Numbered from the stretch's first letter, positions 32,793 through 41,534 are shown. The stretch: DNA of 64,000 bases from an uncultured Candidatus Pelagibacter sp. (GCA_905612465.1 CAJQSC010000004.1:5443-69442), one strand, 5' to 3'. Made by a program: numbers and translations. Notes: generated by a model not told the origin, from the letters alone.

Positions 32793-33997
32793 TGAAAATT
32801 AGACCCGTTATTTTATGTGGCGGAGCTGGTACAAGACTTTGGGAACAATCCAAAAATAATTTAGCAAAACAATTTATTGATTTTGGTGGATGGAGTTTAT
32901 TAGAAAAAACTTTAGAACGGGTTAAAAACCCAACTTTTGATTATCCAATTATCAGTACAAACGCTAAGTACTTAAAATTAGTAAAAAGTTACCTAAAAAA
33001 GTTTAAAGTTAAAAACTATAAAATAGTACTAGAGCCATCTAAAAGAAATACAGCACCAGCAATCCTAGCTTCAGCATTAATTAAAGATATTCCAAATGAA
33101 CAACCCTTGATTTTTTTTGCAGCTGATCATTTGATAGAAAAAGCAAGTATTTTTAATAAAGCTATAAATAAAAATAAAGACAATTTAACTGATCAAAATA
33201 TATTTATTTTTGGCATTAAACCAACGGCTCCTTCTAGCGAATATGGTTATTTTATAACAAAAAAAGTTAAAGGAAATATTAATAAAGTAACTAGATTTAT
33301 TGAAAAACCAACTGAAGCTAAGGCTAAACAAGTGATTAAACAAAAAGGGTATTGGAACTCTGGAATGTTTTTTTTAAGAAAAGACTCAATAATAAATAAC
33401 TTTAAAAAGTACCAACCAACAATATATAAAAATTGTGTTAATGCTGTTTCAAAAGCGAGACTTAAAGATAACACTTATTATTTAGATAAAACTTCTTTTG
33501 AGAAAGCTACTGCTAAATCATTTGATTATGCAATTTTAGAAAAAACTAAACAAATCAATGCAATTAAATTAGATATTCCTTGGTCAGATCTTGGTAGTTG
33601 GAAAGAGATCTTAAAAATGTATGACAAAAATAAGAATAAATATTATAAGAAAAAAAATGTTTATTATAGACCATGGGGTAGGTATGTTAATTTATTTGAA
33701 GGTAAAGGTTTCTTAATTAAAGAATTATTTGTTAAATCAAAAGGTGTATTAAGTTTACAAAAACATCACCATAGATCTGAACACTGGCTAGTTATTCAAG
33801 GAACCCCAAAAATTACACTTAACAAAGATAGTTTTTCTAAAAAACAAAACGATCATATTTTCATTCCATTAGAGGCAGTTCATAGAATTGAAAATCCCAA
33901 CAAAAAACCAGTAAAAATTATTGAGGCTCAAGTTGGATCAATATTAAAAGAAAGTGATATTGTAAGGTTTCAAGATATATATGGCCGTATTAAATAA
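32792..33997 (+). CDS. manC: Mannose-1-phosphate guanylyltransferase / type II phosphomannose isomerase (shortened)
   Basis: GGAGTRLW, EP..RNTAPA, FIEKP, WNSGMF, WSDLGSW, RPWG, SLQKHHHRSEHW cupin. Confidence 0.88.
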   Translation: MKIRPVILCGGAGTRLWEQSKNNLAKQFIDFGGWSLLEKTLERVKNPTFDYPIISTNAKYLKLVKSYLKKFKVKNYKIVLEPSKRNTAPAILASALIKDIPNEQPLIFFAADHLIEKASIFNKAINKNKDNLTDQNIFIFGIKPTAPSSEYGYFITKKVKGNINKVTRFIEKPTEAKAKQVIKQKGYWNSGMFFLRKDSIINNFKKYQPTIYKNCVNAVSKARLKDNTYYLDKTSFEKATAKSFDYAILEKTKQINAIKLDIPWSDLGSWKEILKMYDKNKNKYYKKKNVYYRPWGRYVNLFEGKGFLIKELFVKSKGVLSLQKHHHRSEHWLVIQGTPKITLNKDSFSKKQNDHIFIPLEAVHRIENPNKKPVKIIEAQVGSILKESDIVRFQDIYGRIK

Positions 33998-34024
33998 ACC
34001 CAATACATTAAAATAACTAATAAT

Positions 34025-34990
34025 TTAGAAAAATCCATTTGGAATAATAATGTAGTGAATTGCTAATACAATTGCTACAGACACAGTTAATCCCAAAGTC
34101 ATTTTAAGAAAATCTTTACCAATAAGTGGGAAAACATATTTAAATTTGTAATCACTATTCATTGAGGCAATTGCTAATTCTCTTCCACATAATAGTCCTA
34201 CAAACACCCAGGTTGTAGACATTGGTAAGTCATTAAGTTCTTTAAAGTAATATAGAACACCAGCATAAATAATATTTATTATTGTTGCTGATCTTGCATA
34301 TCTTGTTCCAGTTTTCTCTAATACAACTTTTTGGATTTCTCCACCATGAATGTAGAAAATATAAAATAATAGAACTGTAAAATAACCTAAAACAATTAAT
34401 AATAATGTTACATCTAATTGTCTTGGTAGATATACAGCTATATTAGCTACATCATGAGATAACCAAGCCCACCATAATAAACCCGAAGTAAACCATACTG
34501 AGTTACGCCAGAAACCAATCCATTTATCTTCAACTTCATCTAATTTTTCATTAATAAATTTTGAAATAATAATCCAGCAAATGTAAGCAGCTATTGCTGC
34601 AAGGCCATAACCCACAACGCTTTTCATAAGCATTTTTTCAAGTATTACAGTTGATGCAAAAGCAGACAAAACTAGAAATGTTGTAGAGACAGGTATTCCA
34701 AATCTTGTTAATACCAAAAGTATTCCTGGAGCCACAGCATGATACCATTGAATTTCCTGGTAAGGTATTTGAGTTAATCTTCCATATGAGATATCACCAT
34801 CATTACTGTACCAGCCCCACGTAATAGCAAGGATCAGTACAAATGATGCTGCACTTGCAAGGGTATACCATTTAAACCATTTTTGTTTTGAGGCAATAAA
34901 AGTACCCAATGTTTGAATTGAGTCATTTGCTATTACACTATATCCAGCTAATGCAAATCCAATGATCGTATATAAAAGCGTAAGTTCCAT
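34025..34990 (-). CDS. Multi-pass membrane transporter, distantly PiT/PHO4-like
   Basis: Two related repeats: ANDSIQTLGT...GIPVSTT and HDVAN...LPMSTT, resembling the PiT GANDxxN and PVSTT signatures; about 9-10 TMs. Confidence 0.6.
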   Translation of the reverse strand: MELTLLYTIIGFALAGYSVIANDSIQTLGTFIASKQKWFKWYTLASAASFVLILAITWGWYSNDGDISYGRLTQIPYQEIQWYHAVAPGILLVLTRFGIPVSTTFLVLSAFASTVILEKMLMKSVVGYGLAAIAAYICWIIISKFINEKLDEVEDKWIGFWRNSVWFTSGLLWWAWLSHDVANIAVYLPRQLDVTLLLIVLGYFTVLLFYIFYIHGGEIQKVVLEKTGTRYARSATIINIIYAGVLYYFKELNDLPMSTTWVFVGLLCGRELAIASMNSDYKFKYVFPLIGKDFLKMTLGLTVSVAIVLAIHYIIIPNGFF

Positions 34991-35176
34991 TTTTTTTATT
35001 TTTTCTTAATCAATGATTCCTCGTCTTGACGATGATTTAATATGTGTATGAAATTATATCTACAATTAAATTTAATAAGATAATTTTTATTTAGCAGATT
35101 CAACGTTAATTATATTAATTAGTAACTTTGTCTAGTTGTAAAAAACTTAAATACAACTTGTAATATTAGTATTAAC

Positions 35177-35398
35177 TTAAAATATAACTTTATAAATTCC
35201 TAATAAGAACAGTGGTATCTGTAGCCCAAAGTTAGTTAATATAGCTTTATCTTTTGATATAAAACCAGCTATTGTCCAACCAATAACACCCAGTCCATGA
35301 AAGTAGATATTGATAGGGTAGATGTTTAGATTTGTTAATAATATTCCTATTAATACAAGAGCTGTACTAATCCATTTTAAGTATTTTTTTATAAACAT
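35177..35398 (-). CDS. Small 2-3 TM membrane protein (DUF6552-like, function unknown)
   Basis: LKW.ST..LIG..LT.LNIYP.N...G..GW pattern; AAGGAG RBS upstream on the minus strand. Confidence 0.75.
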   Translation of the reverse strand: MFIKKYLKWISTALVLIGILLTNLNIYPINIYFHGLGVIGWTIAGFISKDKAILTNFGLQIPLFLLGIYKVIF

Positions 35399-35476
35399 AG
35401 TCTCCTTTGTATGTAAGTTTTGTTATTAATTTATTACAATTATAGAGAAAACAAAAATCTTTATTACCAAAAGGTA

Positions 35477-35506
35477 TTGACATAATAAAGTGTTATGTTA
35501 TAACAT
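35477..35506 (+). promoter_or_regulatory. Sigma70 promoter of the zur-like gene, probably leaderless
   Basis: TTGACA at 35477-35482; TATAAC at 35499 or TAACAT at 35501-35506, the latter 6 nt before the ATG at 35513; no SD sequence. Confidence 0.7.
35491..35505. promoter_or_regulatory. Zur box (TGTTAT-N3-ATAACA)
   Basis: TGTTATGTTATAACA matches the proteobacterial Zur core TGTTATAnTATAACA at all but one position and overlaps the -10 element. Confidence 0.8.
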
Positions 35507-35512
35507 CACATA

Positions 35513-35875
35513 ATGAATAATAACGATATAGTTTTTGATTTAATTAAAAAATCCAAGAAGCATTTAACTGCTTATGAAATATTAGATAAATTTCAAAAAT
35601 TTAAGAAGATACAACCGATGGCTGTTTACAGATCTTTAAAAAAACTAATAGAAGAAGATAAGATACATAAATCCAATCAAAATAAGACTTATGTATTGTG
35701 CAGTCATGAACATGTTAAGCATAATCCATCTATAGCTATTTGTAGAGATTGTGGAGACACAGAAGAGCTTAATTCAGAATTATTTGAAACAATATTTAAA
35801 AAAAACCCAATAAAAAAATATGACTTCAACAAGTTTCAACTTGAAGTCTCAACAATATGTAGGAGATGTAACTAA
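35513..35875 (+). CDS. zur: Fur-family metalloregulator, Zur-like
   Basis: TAYEIL, P..VYRSL, YVLC-His-rich loop, two CxxC (CRDC, CRRC); Zur box upstream. Confidence 0.8.
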   Translation: MNNNDIVFDLIKKSKKHLTAYEILDKFQKFKKIQPMAVYRSLKKLIEEDKIHKSNQNKTYVLCSHEHVKHNPSIAICRDCGDTEELNSELFETIFKKNPIKKYDFNKFQLEVSTICRRCN

Positions 35876-36273
35876 TGGAACACGCACACGAATTACCAGA
35901 ATTTCTTCATTTTTTAGAAGAACTTATAGAAGAATATGGAATATTAAGAGGTTTTATCTTTGGCTTTATACATACATTAATTCCATTAATTGGTTTTTAT
36001 TCAGGTTGGAGTATCAACCGTTTTTTAAAATTGGTTTCTAACGGTGCAATTGCTGGAATTATTGGAATAGTTTTAGCTCATATTATAGCGGACTTTATAG
36101 CAGCCATGCTTGATCCTAACTTAAAAAGTGCAGCTTATGGAATTGTTCTTGGTGGATTCTTACCTTTATTAGCAGTACCTTTTTTAGAAAAGTATATAAC
36201 TAAAAGTCAGTATCATAATGTGGTAGGTGATCACGAAGATTTAAAAAAGGATTTGAAAAGTAAACATAAATAA
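35875..36273 (+). CDS. His-rich 3-TM membrane protein of unknown function (candidate metal transporter)
   Basis: ATG overlaps the zur stop (TAATG); 8 His; three hydrophobic segments. Confidence 0.8.
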   Translation: MEHAHELPEFLHFLEELIEEYGILRGFIFGFIHTLIPLIGFYSGWSINRFLKLVSNGAIAGIIGIVLAHIIADFIAAMLDPNLKSAAYGIVLGGFLPLLAVPFLEKYITKSQYHNVVGDHEDLKKDLKSKHK

Positions 36274-36288
36274 TATTTAATAGTTTGT

Positions 36289-37287
36289 GTGAATACAGTT
36301 TCCTTAACTTTAAATGAAATATTAGAATTAGCTAAAAAAACATTATTAGCTAATGGTTGTGATGATGAAAATGCCAGTATTTTAGCAGACACAATCATGA
36401 GAGCCGAAAGAGATGGTTCCGTTTCTCATGGTTTGTTTAGATTGCCTGCTTATGTAGCTGGTTTAAAAAGCAAAAAAATTAACGGTAAAGCAAGACCTGA
36501 ATTAGAAAATGTAGCCCCAAGTATTATTAAAGTATTAGGTAATAATGCCGTTGCACCAATGGTTTTAAGTTTAGGACTACCAGCGGTTATTGATTTAGCT
36601 AAAAAAAATGGTGTAGCAGTTCTTGCCATAAAAAACTCACATCACATGGCAGCACTTTGGCCTGAAACTGAAGCTATTGCAGAAGCTGGTCTTGTTGGTA
36701 TCGCTTGTACATCTTACAAACCAGCCGTTGCTCCAGCGGGCGCTACAAAACCTTTGTATGGAACAAATCCAATTTCTTTTGCTTGGCCTAGACCTGGCAA
36801 AACTCCAGTTGTCTATGATATGGCGACTGCTTCAATGGCAATGGGCGAAGTTCAGATTGCAAAAAGAGAAGGACACAAAGTACCCCTTGGAACTGGCTTA
36901 ACTAAAGATGGAAAAGAAACTACTGATCCTGGAGAAATCGCTGATGGTGGAGTTATACTTCCTTTTGGTGGATATAAAGGATCTAGTATAGCAATGATGG
37001 TTGAGCTATTAGCTGGAGCGTTAATTGGTGAAAATTTTAGTTTTGAGACTGCTGCTAAAGATAATAACGATGGTGGCCCACCTAGTGGTGGTGAATTTAT
37101 TATAGCAATCTCACCTGAGAAAATTTCTGGTAAAGGCTGGGATAAGCACGCTGATGAATTTTTTAATAAAATGTCAGCTATGGAGGGAGTTAGACTTCCA
37201 GGTGAAAGAAGACATAAAAATAGATTAGATAAAGGTCCAAGAAATATTAACGAAGAGTTGGTAAATAAAATTAAATCTTTAAGCTAA
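36289..37287 (+). CDS. Ldh_2 (AllD/ComC/DpkA-like) NAD(P)-dependent oxidoreductase
   Basis: G..SHGL.RL, HHMAAL, GTNPI, DMAT, PFGGYKG, RLPG; GTG start. Confidence 0.9.
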   Translation: MNTVSLTLNEILELAKKTLLANGCDDENASILADTIMRAERDGSVSHGLFRLPAYVAGLKSKKINGKARPELENVAPSIIKVLGNNAVAPMVLSLGLPAVIDLAKKNGVAVLAIKNSHHMAALWPETEAIAEAGLVGIACTSYKPAVAPAGATKPLYGTNPISFAWPRPGKTPVVYDMATASMAMGEVQIAKREGHKVPLGTGLTKDGKETTDPGEIADGGVILPFGGYKGSSIAMMVELLAGALIGENFSFETAAKDNNDGGPPSGGEFIIAISPEKISGKGWDKHADEFFNKMSAMEGVRLPGERRHKNRLDKGPRNINEELVNKIKSLS

Positions 37288-38055
37288 TTCAATTTCAATA
37301 GGTGTGTGATCAGAGGGTTTTTCTTTTCCTCTTGGGTCTTTATTAATTTTAATATCCTTAACTATATTTAATAATGAGTTGGATACTAAAAAATGATCTA
37401 TTCTTAACCCATTATTTTTTTGCCAAGCACCCCTCATATAATCCCAATAAGTATAACCTTCTTTTTCACCGTGAATATGACGGTAAGCATCATGGAAACC
37501 TAGATTAATCATTTCTCTAAATTTTTTTCTTATCTCAAGTCTGTACAAAGCATCATCTTCAAATCCTTTAATATTATATGCATCTTCCTCTGAGGGAAGT
37601 ATATTGAAATCACCAGCTAAAATTATATTTTCATTTTTTTTTGAAAGAGTTTTTAGTTGTTTAATTAAACTATCAAGCCACTCTTTCTTGTATGAATACT
37701 TTTCGGTATCAACAGGGTTACCATTTGGTGTGTAAATATTAATTATTTGTATATTTTTTTTCTTATGTTTTAATTCTGCTGAAATAATTCTAGATTGTTT
37801 TAATTTATCTTTAATTAAATCTAATCTGACATTTTCTAATTTATGTTTAGAAATTATAGCAACACCATTGTAACTTTTTTGACCAAAAACATGACTTTCA
37901 TAATCTAGTGCTGAAAAATCATCATAAGGAAATGTTTCATCTTGAGTTTTAATTTCCTGCATCATAACGACATCTGGAGAAAATTTTAGCAAGTACTCTT
38001 TAATGTTTTCAATCCTAGCTCTAACAGAATTTACATTCCAGGATGTTATAATCAT
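37279..38055 (-). CDS. xth: Exodeoxyribonuclease III (AP endonuclease)
   Basis: SWNVNS, QEIK, YNGVA, GDFN, RIDH, SDH. Start moved to the ATG at 38055 that overlaps the erpA stop. Confidence 0.95.
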   Translation of the reverse strand: MIITSWNVNSVRARIENIKEYLLKFSPDVVMMQEIKTQDETFPYDDFSALDYESHVFGQKSYNGVAIISKHKLENVRLDLIKDKLKQSRIISAELKHKKKNIQIINIYTPNGNPVDTEKYSYKKEWLDSLIKQLKTLSKKNENIILAGDFNILPSEEDAYNIKGFEDDALYRLEIRKKFREMINLGFHDAYRHIHGEKEGYTYWDYMRGAWQKNNGLRIDHFLVSNSLLNIVKDIKINKDPRGKEKPSDHTPIEIELA

Positions 38056-38372
38056 TATACTGAGAATGAAACGCCACAGCCACAAGAAGACTTGCTTTGT
38101 GGATTTGATATTTTGAATTGATCACCAATTAATTCAGTAACAAAATCGACCTCTGAACCCTTTAATAGATCAGCTGAAGTTTTATCGATAAGAATATTTT
38201 CATGTTTTAAATCGTCAGATGCTAATTCTTTGTCAAAAGTAAATTCATATTGAAATCCAGAACATCCTCCACCTTTAATGGCGATTCTAAAATATGACCC
38301 TGGATCCTTTTGGGACAGTAAATTATTAATCTGTTTAATGGCTTTATCTGTAAATTTAATTTCTTTAATCAT
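38055..38372 (-). CDS. erpA: Iron-sulfur cluster insertion protein (HesB/IscA/ErpA)
   Basis: GGGCSGFQY and CGCG.SF. Confidence 0.9.
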   Translation of the reverse strand: MIKEIKFTDKAIKQINNLLSQKDPGSYFRIAIKGGGCSGFQYEFTFDKELASDDLKHENILIDKTSADLLKGSEVDFVTELIGDQFKISNPQSKSSCGCGVSFSV

Positions 38373-38422
38373 ATAACAACACTGATATTACTAATATAAT
38401 ATCAATTTATTGAATTTAAAGT

Positions 38423-39538
38423 ATGAATAATTACTCAAATTTAGCCTTATCTAAAAGTAAAGGTCGTATTTTTAAAGAAGCTAATTCACTTTATAGAACG
38501 CCATTTCAAAGAGATAGAGATAGAATAATTCATAGTGCATCATTTAGAAGGCTAAAGCATAAGACTCAAGTTTTTGTTAATACAGAGGGTGACCACTACA
38601 GAACTAGAATTACACATTCAATTGAAGTTGCGCAAATTGCAAGATCTATTGCTAAGCACTTAGGTTTAAATGATGATCTAGCAGAAACCTTAAGTTTGGC
38701 TCATGACTTAGGACATACACCGTTTGGGCATGCGGGAGAAGATGCTCTGAACGATTGTATGTTTAACTTTGGCGGATTTGACCACAATCTTCAAACTTTA
38801 AGAATTATAATGTTTCTTGAGCATAAATATCTTAAGTTTAAGGGTCTTAACTTAACATTAGAAACTTTAGATGGGTTATTAAAACACAATGGTCCTATTA
38901 AAGATATTTCTACAGTTAAAAGGCTTATTGGATTAAAAAATTTTAATAACAAAATAAATTTTAATAACTCAGGATCGTTAGAAGCTCAAATATCAGCAAT
39001 CTCGGATGATATTGCGTATAACAATCATGACATACAGGATGGAATTAGAGCAAAAATGTTTAATTTGAATGACTTGATTGAAATTAATTTTTTTAAGGAT
39101 ATTTATAAATCACATAAGAAAAACATAAAAAATAATAATAAAGATATTTTGATATATCAGATAATAAGAGATTCAATTGATTTAATGGTTAGGGATTTAA
39201 TTAAAAATACTAAAAGTAATTTAAAAATTAATAAGATTAAATCTTTAACTGATGTGTATCAATTAAATGAGCCCATAGTATGTTTTTCTAGTAAATTTTT
39301 AAATATCGAAAAAGAAGTAAGATTTTTTTTAAGAAGTAAAATGTATAATAACAAAAAAGTATTATTGAAAAACAATCAGGGAAAAAAAATTGTTAATAAA
39401 CTTTTTAATAAAATTAAGGGTAAACCTAAAAAATTCATAGCAACTGATCAATTGAAGAATGATCCAAATAGAGCAATTGCAGATTTTATTTCAGGTATGA
39501 CAGATAGATATGCAATAAATTTACATAAAAATATTTAA
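38423..39538 (+). CDS. dgt: dGTP triphosphohydrolase-like HD protein
   Basis: FQRDRDRI, FRRLKHKTQV, HDLGHTPFGHAGE, GMTD. Confidence 0.95.
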   Translation: MNNYSNLALSKSKGRIFKEANSLYRTPFQRDRDRIIHSASFRRLKHKTQVFVNTEGDHYRTRITHSIEVAQIARSIAKHLGLNDDLAETLSLAHDLGHTPFGHAGEDALNDCMFNFGGFDHNLQTLRIIMFLEHKYLKFKGLNLTLETLDGLLKHNGPIKDISTVKRLIGLKNFNNKINFNNSGSLEAQISAISDDIAYNNHDIQDGIRAKMFNLNDLIEINFFKDIYKSHKKNIKNNNKDILIYQIIRDSIDLMVRDLIKNTKSNLKINKIKSLTDVYQLNEPIVCFSSKFLNIEKEVRFFLRSKMYNNKKVLLKNNQGKKIVNKLFNKIKGKPKKFIATDQLKNDPNRAIADFISGMTDRYAINLHKNI

Positions 39539-41271
39539 TGAACATTTTTGATCTCTACTTAGATAAAATAATAATTTTAATTAAGAAATTAAATAAAGAA
39601 GGCTCTCTTGAATTACCTGAATTGTTAAATGGAATTAATGTCGACATACCACCATCAAATTTTGACTGCGATATATCGACAAATGTAGCCATGGTATTAT
39701 CAAAGGCTAACAAAAAATCTCCAATCGATATAGCAAAAATCTTGATTGATTTAATTAAAACTGAGGATGAGGATATTGAAACTATATCTGTGGCAAAACC
39801 TGGATTTATCAATATTAAATTTAAATTAATATATTGGAATAATTTTATTAAACATGTAAATAAAAATTATAAAAATTTTGGTGTAAATATTAAAGAAAAA
39901 AAACAAAAATATCTTATAGAGTTTGTCTCGGCAAATCCTACTGGGCCATTACATGTTGGGCATTGCAGAGGTGCAATTTTAGGTGACGTCATTTCAAATA
40001 TACTAATTTTTAATAAACATGATGTTTCAAAAGAATATTATGTAAATGATTATGGTAACCAAATTATAAATTTTACAAAATCTGTTTTTCATAGAATTAG
40101 GGAAATTCTTAACAATGAAAAGTTTCCTAGTGACAATCCAGATCTTTATCCTGGAGATTATTTGGTAGACATCGCAAAAAGTATTATTGATAACAACAAA
40201 AATTTAAAATTTGATAAATTTGATGACGTATCTAAAGAATTAACATTATTATCTGTCGCAGAGTCTTTGAAATTAATTAAAACTAATTTGGCCATTTTAG
40301 GAATAGTTCACGATAAATTTACAAGTGAAACTCAAATTGTTTTAAATAAGGAAGTAGAAAAAGTAATTCAAAATTTAAAAGATAAGAACTTAGTATATGA
40401 AGGAAAAATTAAAGCACCCAAAGGAGAGGACGATGATAATTGGGTAGAAAGAGAGCAGCTTTTATTTAAATCAACTGATTTTGGAGATGATAAAGATAGA
40501 GCCTTACAAAAATCAGACAAGTCATGGACTTACTTTGCTAGCGATGTTGCCTATCATAATAATAAGTTAAACAGAGGCTACGATGCACTTATCAATATAC
40601 TTGGAGCTGATCACGCGGGATATATAAAAAGAATTACCTCAGCTGTAGAAGCTCTTTCTAGTGGTAAGAAAAAATTGATTTGTAAAGTTAGTCAACTAGT
40701 TAAACTAATTAAAGATGGTAAACCATTCAAAATGTCAAAAAGAAAAGGTGACTACATTACTTTAGAAGATCTAATATCTGAAGTCGGTAAGGATGCAACA
40801 CGATTTATCATGCTTAATAGAAGTAGTGATGTTGAGTTAGATTTTGATTTTGCAAAAGTTAAAGAAAAGTCAAAAGATAATCCACTTTATTATGTGCAGT
40901 ATTGTTTTGCCAGAATATCATCAGTCTTCAGACATGCTGACTTGGATATTAATAAAGATTTAAATATTAGTGAATATAATTTTCAATATACAAGTGATGA
41001 AATTAAGATTTTAAAAAAAATCGCTGAATGGCCTAAGTGCATAGAGACGGCTAGCTTAAGGTTAGAACCACATAGAATTCCTGTTTATTTATATGAATTA
41101 TCATCTGAATTTCATTCTTATTGGAATATGGGTAAAGACAATCCAAATAAAAGATTTATTAATGATCAAAAAAAAATACCTAATGATAAATTGGTTTTTT
41201 TAAAAGTTATATCTAACGTAATCCAAACTGGTATGAATATTGTTGGTGTTGATACACCAGAAAAAATGTAA
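39538..41271 (+). CDS. argS: Arginine--tRNA ligase
   Basis: EFVSANPTGPLHVGH, GADH, MSKRKG, YVQY, P.KM C-terminus. Confidence 0.97.
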   Translation: MNIFDLYLDKIIILIKKLNKEGSLELPELLNGINVDIPPSNFDCDISTNVAMVLSKANKKSPIDIAKILIDLIKTEDEDIETISVAKPGFINIKFKLIYWNNFIKHVNKNYKNFGVNIKEKKQKYLIEFVSANPTGPLHVGHCRGAILGDVISNILIFNKHDVSKEYYVNDYGNQIINFTKSVFHRIREILNNEKFPSDNPDLYPGDYLVDIAKSIIDNNKNLKFDKFDDVSKELTLLSVAESLKLIKTNLAILGIVHDKFTSETQIVLNKEVEKVIQNLKDKNLVYEGKIKAPKGEDDDNWVEREQLLFKSTDFGDDKDRALQKSDKSWTYFASDVAYHNNKLNRGYDALINILGADHAGYIKRITSAVEALSSGKKKLICKVSQLVKLIKDGKPFKMSKRKGDYITLEDLISEVGKDATRFIMLNRSSDVELDFDFAKVKEKSKDNPLYYVQYCFARISSVFRHADLDINKDLNISEYNFQYTSDEIKILKKIAEWPKCIETASLRLEPHRIPVYLYELSSEFHSYWNMGKDNPNKRFINDQKKIPNDKLVFLKVISNVIQTGMNIVGVDTPEKM

Positions 41272-41534
41272 TGTTAAAAGAATTAAAATACCTTTTATAT
41301 TTATTTGTTATTTTGTTGTTTTTTTTTCTATCATTAAAATACTATTTTTCCGATGACAATAAAAAAAATTCCTATAGATCTTATAAACAGATCGATAAAA
41401 AAATTGTTAATTATTCTCAAAATATGATTTTATTAAAAAGTGATACTATTGATATTGTTGAATATGTTGAAAAAACTATAGATAAAAATAAGAAAAATTA
41501 TAATTTTTGGAATTTAATAAAAAATAATGAATAA
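41271..41534 (+). CDS. Single-pass membrane protein at the ftsN/SPOR gene position
   Basis: Overlaps the argS stop and the nagZ start; one N-terminal TM. Confidence 0.75.
   Translation: MLKELKYLLYLFVILLFFFLSLKYYFSDDNKKNSYRSYKQIDKKIVNYSQNMILLKSDTIDIVEYVEKTIDKNKKNYNFWNLIKNNE

Noticed and set aside
38056-38085. N-terminal extension of Xth (MWLWRFILSI)
   Set aside because: Overlaps erpA in another frame; the family starts at M-x-I-x-S-W-N-V-N, i.e. 38055
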